64,000 nucleotides of DNA from Mantamonas sphyraenae STR306. Lineage: Eukaryota; Protista; CRuMs. The stretch spans positions 62,001 to 126,000 of the forward strand of contig JAPMXV010000017.1 of the NCBI GenBank assembly GCA_026936335.1, given 5' to 3'. Of this stretch, positions 48,533-58,831 are shown in pieces; positions within the stretch are counted from its first letter, which is position 1, and the number at the start of each line of letters is the position of its first letter. Position numbers and translations under genes: made by a program. The notes under the pieces are model-generated. The model was not told the origin of the DNA and did not search any database. It saw nothing but the letters and a program-made list of their open reading frames with translations.

Positions 48533-50667
48533 ATGAGCAAACGCGACCGTGTCGATGCAGGCATCCGGCAGCACGACGGACACAGTGACGACGAGGAGGA
48601 GGATGAGGAACATGAGCTGCGCATGTCGCCGTCGTGGTCCTCGTCGGCCTCGTTCTCGTCCGGCGGCGGCTTGCAATCGTCGTCGTCCGTGTCAGGAACA
48701 GCCGCCCACGTGGACCATGGACGCATGCTTGCGCTGCCACACGAACACACGGCGTACATTGCCATGTATCCTGGTGAACGGGTGGATTTCACGGGTTTGA
48801 TGAAGCTGCAGGTCGTGTACGGCTCTTGCCCCGCCTGCCACGCCGAGCTCTTTGGCAGCCGCCTCTACGCACACTCGTTCGATGGCCGCCCGCTGCACGT
48901 CGCCTCTGAACGAAACGCCGCCATCGGATGGCAGGCCGTGTGTGAAGCCAGCCAATCGGGTCAGCACGAAGGAGACCATGTCGAGGCAGAGGAGGAGGAG
49001 GAGCAGCAGCAGCAGCAGCAGCACGCCAATGTGAGCGACATCTTGCCTCACGACGAAGCTGCACAGTGGCTCCAGGACCTGTTGGACAGCAATGACACGC
49101 ATGCACACCTGCTTGTGGTCAAGTGCGAAGTGCTGGCTGACAACCAGCATCACATCTTTCTGGAGGAGTTGTACAACGCGGACGAATGGCTGGGCCAGGA
49201 CGTCGGCTTGCACCACGAGGGCAACGACGACGACGACGACGTGCGTCCAGACTGGCACAGGCTGGCCCACGTGGTGCCAGGCATCCAGCTCATTCACCCA
49301 GACGCCACCTACAGGATAGACGGCCAGCGTGTCAGCGTGCAAATGGACATCAGCGAACAGTGGCAAGAGCTGGCCGCCTCGCTGGCTGCACACCCGGCCC
49401 CCGACGACGACGACGACGACGACGCTCACCAAGGCATGGTCGTCATGCTCACAGGCACCCAAAATGGAGGCAAGAGCACATTGGGACGGTACCTGCTCAA
49501 CAGTCTCCTCAATGACCACCCCGACGGCGTGTACTTCTTGGACACGGACTTGGGTCAGCCAGAATTCACCTGTCCGGGCCAAGTGGCACTCCATCACATC
49601 ACAGAACCCGTGTATGGGTCTCCACTGGCACACATGCGTCCTCCCACACGTTGTGTGTTTCTGGGTGAGGTCTCTCCCAGCCATGAGTACGATCTGTACA
49701 GCCAGGCCATTGCCCAGCTGATCGACTCGTACCGTGCCATCTGTGCACACAAGCGTCGCTTTGCACCCTTGCTCATCAACACGCACGGATGGCTCCGTGG
49801 CTTGGGTCTCCAGGGCATCCTTCACATCGCCCACCTGTCCCAGCCCGACTTTGTCGCCCACATCGACGATGCATTCCATCACGCCTCCCTGCAACAACTG
49901 TACAACACAAACAGCCTTCCCGACGTCCTTGCACACATCCTCGAGGCTCGTCCTGGCAACCCTCCTGCGCTGGTGGGCATTCCCGCTCATCACAGCCTCG
50001 CCAAGGGGCTCAAGACACGCAATGCTGCCAAGATGCGCTCCCTCATGCTGGAAGTCTACTTTGGCTGTCTCGACGTGCCCATCATGAACCTTCCCAGTGT
50101 CAAAGTCCACTGGAGTGCCCTCCGCATTGCCTTTGTCCATCAACAGGTTCCTCCCAGCCAGTGTTTGCGTGCCCTCAACGGCGCCCTTGTCGGCTTGGTC
50201 GATGATCGCACCGAGTATGCACCCGCCTCTCCTCCTCTTCCTCTTCCTCCTCCTCGTCCTCCAGAAAGGGCAAGCGCACCCTTCGCAAGGCCGCCAACAC
50301 AGGCATCGACGACTATTTCCGTTTGCTGCTCACTGTCCCGCTGCAGTCCCGGTGTGTGGGGTTGGGTCTTGTACGTAGCATCGATGTCGACCGCGGCCAC
50401 CTGTACATCCTCACCCCCGTGCCTCTGAACAAGCTCGCTCGCGTCAACACCCTGGTCCTCGGACGCATGCAATTGTCCAAAAGCATCCTACTGCGCGGTG
50501 CAAACAACCTGGCCCACCCGTATTTCACTGTCCACAGCCTGTCCTCAGCCGGCTCGGGCTCCACCGCTGCAAAGTCGCGCAAGAACCTCAAACGGCGGAG
50601 ACTGGACGGCGGTGTAGAAAGATTGAATTGGTCTCTTCATTCTTCCCTCACTCGTCATCCTGGTTGA
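48533..50667 (+). CDS. NOL9: Polynucleotide 5'-kinase NOL9/Grc3 (Clp1 family); apparent -1 frameshift near 50229
   Basis: GTQNGGKSTLGRYLLNSLL, LDTDLGQPEFT.PG, PLLINTHGW..GLG and ALNG.LVGL. The C-terminal CVGLGLVRSID....LYILTPVP lies in the next frame (ORF 50323..50667). Confidence 0.9.
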
Positions 50668-51741
50668 TAAACACAGTGTTGGACTGCCCGTTGTCCTCTT
50701 CCTCCTCCATCACCTCCTCCTCTTCCACTTGTTTGCTGCTCCTGCTGCTGCTGCCACGCTTCTTGCCCTGAAGCTGTGCCACCGAGCTCTGCGCGTTGGC
50801 AAACTTTTTCATCTTGAATGCATTCTTTTCCGGTTCGGCCAGCTTTTTGCCTGCCGCCTGCTGCTTCAGCAACGACGCCTTGGTGTGGTACCTGGCGATC
50901 TTTGACTTGAACTGCTTCTTGCGTTTCAGCTCCTCCACCTCCTTCTTCTTTGTCTCCTTTACCCACTGCTCGCCATAGGTGTAGCTAATCACGCCATTCA
51001 ACGGTGTCGACGGCCTGGTCCATGTGGGTTTCCGTGAGTGGTCCGTGTCAGTGGCCTGCGAAAGCACCCGTCGCCGCCCGATTTCCAACGGCCCTCCGCG
51101 CCCGCTCGCTCTTTCCGCTCCCTGGGCCACGCCTGCCAGCCTCCACACGCTCCCATTCGTGTGCCCCACACTCACCTGCTAGCCTCGCCATACGTGTGGC
51201 TCGGATTCTTGGACGACGGCAGCTTGGATTTGGTCTGCTGTTCGCGTTTCTTCTGCACATCGGGCACCTTGAGGCGCACATCGTTCTTCTTCCGGTACTC
51301 CAGCTGACCCTTGGGCGTCACATACCCGTTTTTCAGCGAGTTTTTGTTCAGCGACACAAAGTCCCGTCCCCCTTGCTTCTTCTTCTTGGGCTTGTGTACA
51401 CTCCAGGACGTCAGCACTGCGTACGCAGAGCCGTGTCAGCTGCCGTCGCAACGGTCGAGTTTGTTCACCCACATCTTCTCTCCTCTCCCCACACGCATGC
51501 ACACACACAAACACACAAGCACACACACACACACGACATGTGTCCGTTACGCACCTGCTCCGACGTCCTCCTCGTCTTCGCCGCTCTTGCGCCCAAACGT
51601 GAGGTCCTTCGGCACGTTGTAACCCAGATGCTTGGGCTTGCCCAGCTCGTCGCCCGCCAGCAGCGGATTCTCCTTTGTGCTCTTGCGGTATGTGCCCAGG
51701 CGCACTTCACTCTGCGACTGTACTCCCGTCCAGGCGGCCAT
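50648..51741 (-). CDS. CFAP77: Cilia- and flagella-associated protein 77-like
   Basis: NPLL..ELGK....GY..P..TFG, RDFVSLNK...K.G.VT.K...YRK..D.R, TYG...RPSTP and HTKAS.L. Introns 51417..51554 and 51015..51175. Confidence 0.8.
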
Positions 51742-51977
51742 ACAATGTGTCAGTGATCTCGAAATGCATTGTGTGATGCCTCCCTCGGACCTCACACCAC
51801 CACTCACCATGTTTGTTTGTTTGACTGCTCCAGCGCATCTCTCTCTCCTCCACAGTACAGCCTGCAGCACACACGCACACATGCACACTTGGATGTGCAT
51901 TCATCCATCGCAATCCCTGTCCAGGCCACACCGCCGCTGCGGCAACCAACTCCCCACCCCCCCCCCCGTTCTCACCC

Positions 51978-52173
51978 ATGATCACGTGGAACCAACGCCA
52001 CCTCATTGCGTTTGGCGATCCGTTGGACGCAGGGGTGCGTCCAGGGGCTGCTGCCAAAGCGGGAGCAGATGGCTCGAACAGCACGGGTTCCGCCTCGTCA
52101 TCTTCCTCCTCCTCCTCCGCCATGGAACTCGACGACCAGACGTACGTGTCTCTCCCACACTCTCTCTCCTTTA

Positions 52174-52204
<31 letters not shown>

Positions 52205-55200
52205 GCTGCCTTTTGTCTCCCACCACCTGTGTGCTCACAGTTCTCTCACTCTCTCACAGCCAGCCACTCGGCGCCAGCGTGCATTTCTGCTCTGCGTCCG
52301 ACGCCACGCATGTGTCCCACATCACGTACGTTGCCGTTCCAACCGCATCTCCAATCTATTCACACGCGTCCACTGACATTCCGGGACCACAGAACGCCGC
52401 ATGCCAGTCCTGTGGCCATTGTCAGGTTTGCCCCGCACAACAACTCCTCCGCCGCAGACGTGATGCTCACCTGCGACCGCACAGACAGCGTTTGCCTGTG
52501 GAAACCCTCCGAAAAGGTATGTGTCCATCGCACCGCGCGCGGGTGCCCACATGCTTCACCCTGCAGCACCCTATGCATCATGCGCGTGGTCGCACATCAC
52601 TCACCCTCTCCCCCGTGCACATCGCTACACAGCGCTGCGCAAACGACTGGGAGGTCGACCTGCACCTCAACACGGGACCCGTGCTGTGTGCAGATTTTGT
52701 GCACGATGTGCAGACACAGCGTGCCTACGCAAGCGTGTGGGACCAGGAAGTGAGCATCGAAGCCCATCGTGAACACGACCTCCGCTGCTGCTACAATGGC
52801 TTTGTTGTCGCCGCCTATGTCACCTCGGACGCCCACCTGTATGTTTATTACCAGCGTGCACTCATGGACATTGTGCACTCCTCCTCCGACGCATGGTCCC
52901 ACGCCTCGCTCCCTCTCCTCGACGCAGACGACCGTCCCTCCTCCACATCATCCACCCAATCTGCACACGACGGCAACGACGATGATGACGACGTTGTTCC
53001 CACCGTTCACTTGGCGTGCATGACCTCGACTCCGTTTGGTCTCCGCATTGCCCTGGCCCTGGACGGCGTGGTGAACGTCGTCGACGTCTACTTGACCTTC
53101 CCCGACGAGGAACGCCTGTACGACGACAACCTGCTGCAGATGCGCCTTCGGCATGCCGGTGTCATGGACTACATGCCCATGACCAGTGAGTATGTCATGC
53201 TGGACGCCCCCACGCAGCCGTTGGACGCCCACGCACATGGCAGGCATGGCCGACATGGCGACAAAGACACAGGCAGCACACACGACACATCGACCATCTC
53301 CCACACAGACACACACACAGCCGTCAATCTCATGTTTATGGAGGGAAGCGGCACAACACCCAAGCCAGAGGCCGATGTCGTTGTGGTGGGGGTCGATGGC
53401 CAACAATCCACAACCCCAGGCTCCCAGGGCCAGAGTGCACAGCAACAACACACACCAGACACAACTTGGGAGTTTCTTGGCGACGTCTCCGGCATCGATG
53501 GCAGTGTGATGGATGTGGAGGATTCAGACACAGGCCGCGGGGTTGAGGGCCTGTCACACACACCCGATGGACAAAGAGACGACGGCGACGAGCAGCACGG
53601 CCATCACCACACCCACCACAACAAACGCACGCACGGAGGAGAAGGGGACGGACGGGATGGGTTGATGGGCAAAGACCACACAGACGCAGAAGATGACACC
53701 CAGGGGCCGCTTGCACGCGAACGAAGCGGCCTGGAGTGGGCTTCGGGCAACAGGCTGACACACATGGCATGGGTGCCGTGTGAAGAACGCGAAGGAGGGC
53801 GTCTGGTGCTCGTCACGCTCGATGCGCAGGGGTCACACAGTGTGGTGCAGCTGTGGTCACACGGTAAGCACAAACTGCGCCGTTCGCAGGCCCTCATGCA
53901 GCTGCAATTGTCCACCAGTGGTGTGTTGGGAGGCAACGAGGAACTGGATGTGAAGCACTGGCAATGCCGTTCCGTCGTTGCCTTTGCACACACCCTGCAG
54001 GAAGACGACGGGACACACCCTGTCGATGTCGTCTCCTCCCTCACCATCCACCCCAGTGGTCACATTGCCGTGGCCACGCAGCGGTCGTGCAACGTCCATC
54101 TGCTGCGGTGCAACGACGACGTGCGCCTTGCGCCTGTGTTGCAATTCCATCTGGGCGACGCCACCACCGCCGCCGCAGGCATGCTTGTGCCCTGCCACGC
54201 CCTAAGCATCTCTCCCAACATGGCCGGCGTATGTGTGCTCAGTCCGGACGCACAGGTGCTCGTGTACACATGGACCGCAGAACGCCTCACCGAAGATACC
54301 GTCGTGCCCCTCCTCGCATCTGCCTTTATGCGTGCCATCCGCCTCCAACGTGACTGGTGGGACCTTTACATGCTGTTGGACAGCCTCACCCGATCCGAAC
54401 GCATCCCCATGGGTCCGTTTATGACACGGCAATTCCAGGCTGTCCCCTACGTCGGCCTGTCCCTCCTCTCGCGCACTCTTCTGCTGGAGCTACTGCGATC
54501 CCTGTCCGATGCCATCAAAGCTCAATTCCAGCAGCTGTCGTCCAGCCCCGAACGCCCGCTCCTGCGCACAGAGGTCGATCGCCTCCTTGGCTTTGTCTAC
54601 GCCCTCTCCTACGACCGTGACGGCCTCTACCTGGACAAGCAGACTCTCAACCTGTTGGACCACTTGCAAAACGTCGTCGAAGCCGCTCTCATTTCCACTG
54701 GCGATGCCCTCAGCGTGGATGCATTTGATCGCGCGTCCGATGACCAGTTGCTCGACTCCATCTGTGGTGCCTTTAAACCGGGCGCCTACCCGTGGCTGCG
54801 TCCCCTGGCACAGTACACATACTACTTGGCCCTGTTTCTGTTGTATGGCATGCGTCAGGTCATCGGCCGCTTGTTTCGCATGCCCCGTCGCCGCTTCGAG
54901 GAACGATTCGCAGGCACCGTCTTTCTGCAAAAGTTCAATCGCATGCGTCCCCTCCGGCTCATGCTCATCTATGCCGCCGAGATTGTGCGTCACGAAGAGG
55001 CCAATGCCAACCGTGATCCATCGCCACCCATCATCCGTTCCGTCGACGAAGACGAGCACAGCGGCATGGTGACCGAGTCTGCTGCTCGATCGTCCTCCTC
55101 CTCCTCATCATCATCATCATCATCCTCGTTGCCCCGGGAACGCAGCAACGTCGATCTCCAGCGCAGCCGTGAGCTGGAAATCCAGCAGAAGAAGCAGGAC

Positions 55201-55782
55201 GACGTGGAACTTGCGTATGGCTTTGGACCGCTGAGCAGGTACAGGTGCACCTACGACGCAGTGGTTCAGATGGTGCGTCTGTACGCGCAGCTCAACGCGT
55301 GCGATGCAAAGCTGTCCAAGGGGGACAACGGCGTCTGGACGGAAATGGATGGCCACATCCGCAGCACACTGGGGCAGTACAACACGAAGCTTCACCAGAG
55401 CCCGTACGCCCTGTGCGTGTTGCTGGGCTTGGTGCCGTTTGAGCACGACATTTTCAGCGTGCTGGAGGTGGCTCGATGCACCCTGGGCGAGGATCAGGAG
55501 ACGCGCGGCCGCGCCAAACAGGAAAAGTGGTGGATGGAACGAGACACACTGCGTTCCTTGTGGTTGGATCACACCTCGTTGCACACACTGCGTATCGAGA
55601 AGGAGGAGGTGCGCGTGTGTCAACGCTGTGCGCGATTGGCACGCTTCCCCGGCGCCTTACCAGACCCCATCCTGGCCACCACCAAGGACCAGGACGCCCA
55701 AGAGGCAGTGAGCATCTGGCAGAGCACATGGGAGGAAGAGTGTTTGTGTGGAGGGGTGTGGCTGGGCAACGCGCTTACGTAG
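51978..55782 (+). CDS. MED16: Mediator subunit 16-like
   Basis: N-terminal W...LIAF, H..P...F..D....LW..NDW, SISPN...C, DWWDL and C-terminal Cys motifs R.CQRC and W...CLCGG.W. Introns 52142..52259, 52326..52392 and 52517..52632. Confidence 0.75.
52174..52201. repeat. Intronic (CT)n microsatellite (MED16 intron 1)
   Basis: Visible directly in the sequence. Confidence 0.95.
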
Positions 55783-55823
55783 GCACTCCATCCACCAATT
55801 CAATTTCCTTTGTTTGACCATCC

Positions 55824-55876
55824 ATGGGCAAGTCCAGCTTGAAAAACAGAAAGGGATCATCATCCGACGCCGGTGC

Positions 55877-55908
<32 letters not shown>

Positions 55909-58033
55909 GTAGCAGCAGTAGCAACGGCATGGATGCAGGTGACGAACAGAACAGCGCCACCAACACGCTGCTGCAGCAGACACAGCGTTCTGTGAACGAA
56001 CTCTACCGCAAGGTGTTGGACCCTGTTGTGGATTCGTTCAACTTTACGGCGAGTCCGACCAAGGCACAGCTGCTGGCCCGTCCGATGATTGTGCTGCTGG
56101 GCAACCACAGTTCGGGCAAGTCCACGTTCATCAACTACCTTTTGGGAGTGCACGAGCTGCAGGTCACTGGACAGGCTCCCATGGACGACGGGTTCACCCT
56201 GCTCACGTATGGCAGCAACCGTGACGAGCAGGACGGCCACGCTCTGGTCTCCAACACCCACCTGCCCTACGTCGGCCTGGCCAATCTCGGCACAAACTTT
56301 GTCGAGCACCTGCGCATGCGCTTTGTCAACAAGCGTCTGCTTCAGGCAGTCACCCTTGTCGACTCTCCGGGCATGATCGATGCCGTGGGCGAAAAGGGCC
56401 GCGGCTACGATTTCGCCAACGCCGTCCACTGGTTCGCCACCCGCGCCGACTACGTGCTTTTCTTCTTGTCAGTTGCCACACACTCCATCGTGTGTCCCCA
56501 CCATGGCTTCCCCTTGCCTTTCGACGCTTTTCCCTTGTTTCTCTCTCTCCGTGTTCACTGCAACCCAACCTGCCCTCCCGCTGACACGTCGTCCCCGGAC
56601 AAAACATCGATCTTCCACGCATCGGGTTGGTTGATCATTTCGCGCGCGCCACGTCACAGCGACGGCGAAAAGCCAGGTGTGGTTGGCGAAACCCTCGACG
56701 TGTTCACCAAACTCTCCGGGATGGATCACAAGCTGCTCATTCTCATGAACAAGTGAGTTGCAATGCGCCCTGGCCGTGCAGACGCGCGTGAGTGCATGCG
56801 CCAGCACAGCAGGATCAGCTCCACGGCCGATTTCCAAAGTCCGCCGTTTTTCCTCCCGTCCAACGGACACTGACCACGCCCACGTCCCACGTCCCACATC
56901 CCACGTCCCACGTGTATTGTGGCCCTTCAGGGTGGATACGTTCCGCAACATTGCCGACTTTGTGCGCACGTACGGCACCCTGTGCTGGAACTTGAGCAAG
57001 GTGCTGCCGTACAAGGACATGCCGTTCATCTATACCACGTACGTGGAGACCAGCAAGGCGCGCATCAGCAACAGCACGCCCGTGTCCTCTCGCCTGGAGG
57101 TGCAGCTGGAATCGGACGAGGAGGAGGAGCACGACGACACCTCCCGCTTCCAGGTCGACAAGAAGGCGGCCAAGAAGAAGAAGAAGCATGGCGACCACGC
57201 TCCGGCCCTCAGCCAGGCCGATGAGGAGATCCTCAACGACCCAGAGACGCCCACGGTGCCCAACCGCTCCTGGTCCCTCGACGAGTTTGCCAAGGCACGC
57301 AAGATGGTCATTTCCAAGATTGTAAGTTGAAAAGTTTTGCATGCGCATGTGCTTCGTGTGTCCAATCTCCCATGCACACAGCCACGTCATCCCATCACAT
57401 TTCCCATCATGAAGTACGTGCTGACCTGCCCCTTCTTTCTTCTTTGTTTGTCGACAGGAATCCGCCCCCTCGCGCCACGCAGACAACATGATCACTGCAC
57501 TGAAGAACAACACGATGCAACTGTTGATGCACGCACGTGTGATCACGGCCGCACGATCCACGCTGTGGTGGGCTCAGATGCGATCGTACTTTATGCTGCT
57601 GCTGTTCACCTCCCTCGCCTGCATCCTCTCCTTTGTCACCCTCCGCGACACCTCCTCCACCACCAATGTCTACCAACAACTGCTGCAACAAAACGTCCTC
57701 CTTGGCGGCGTCTCTGTCCTCATTGTCGCCCTGCTCGTCGCCCTCGTGTGGATCCCACGCACCGTCCGCGCGCACCAGGACCGTCTCGTCGACAGCCTCG
57801 ACTCGGTGTTTGAGCGTGTCTACAACCACGAGCTCACACGTGGCTCACAGGCAGAGTACTACCGCAGCATGTGGCTGGCTGTCCTCCCCGTCTGCGAACA
57901 GGCCATTGACCACCACGGCCTCCTCTCCCTGCCATCTCTCCGCAAGGCCGACGAGGATGCCCTCAAGAAGGTCATTGACGAAGACATCATCCAGCTGTTT
58001 GACGTCGTCCACAAGGCCCTCAAGCGCAAGTGA
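55824..58033 (+). CDS. EHD/sarcalumenin-like dynamin-family P-loop protein with a C-terminal two-TM hairpin
   Basis: LLGNHSSGKSTFINYLLG, TG.AP.DDGFT, LVDSPGM.D, RGYDF...WFA.RAD, MNKVD and YG.L.WNLSKV. Two hydrophobic helices at about 57586-57750. Introns 56468..56659, 56753..56930 and 57322..57457. Confidence 0.85.
56875..56913. repeat. Intronic 7-bp tandem repeat (CCACGTC-like, about 5 copies)
   Basis: ccacgcccacgtcccacgtcccacatcccacgtcccacgt. Confidence 0.85.
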
Positions 58034-58125
58034 GCCGCAGAAATGAAGTCCCACACAACTCTGTGCGCACCTTCCATTGTGGTTTGACCACTGCACCCCT
58101 AACCCGTACCCTGTATTGCTCCGCC

Positions 58126-58795
58126 TCAAATGTCCCTTTCCATGGCGTTGATGTGAGCCGCGTCCAGCTTGGCCTCGAAGGAAAGGTTGTTGGAAAAGGT
58201 GCGCGCCACAACCTTGCCCCCTCCGGCTTCCACCAACCTTTGTTGACACTCCAGCGCCATCAGATGGGCAATGGCCTCCCGATGCTCCTCTGTGTTGTTT
58301 TCGTTGCGTATCCGCGGCCGCATGGGGTTGTACGGCACGTATGTAGGGAACCCTTCCGCTTGCGGCGTCTCTGCAAGCTCCACAACCAGATCATCCAGAC
58401 TCATGGTACGTGACACCAGTCGTACATACATGCGGTCCTCTTCCAGAGCCCGTACCACATCCAGCATGGCACACGTGCGTTCCAGGCTGTTTGCTTCGTC
58501 AACGCCCACCGTCGCCTCCCAGCGCCACCAGCGCGCAACAACAGACGCCTGTGCACCACTGTTCATGTCACTGCGCATCACCATGGCGTCCTTTGCTGCC
58601 AAACAGCATCGGCAATGTGCCAGGCACTCTGATTTCCAACTCTGGCTGAGTCAGGCTGCGATTGCGAAGCCACCCGCGCTGCAACACCTTTGCTCGTTGC
58701 TTCATCCACTCTGCAGCTCCTCTCTCTTCCACTGCCGCCAAAAGCAGCTGTGCAGCTGTGTTTCCATGGACAAGTTTGAGCTTGTTTGCATTCAT
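58126..58795 (-). CDS. Hypothetical protein; 5' part joined by an unresolved intron or a +1 frameshift near 58592
   Basis: ORFs 58568..58822 (ATG 58795) and 58126..58602 fill the gap between the EHD-like gene and UNC80. No family recognised. Confidence 0.45.
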
Positions 58796-58831
58796 TCTGC
58801 TGGGCAAGCGCGCGCACTCCACTCACTCTCC

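Noticed and set aside
370-50240. Calling the frameshifted genes pseudogenes
   Set aside because: Each has only one or two isolated indels, intact motifs on both sides and no accumulated stops. Several are normally essential genes.
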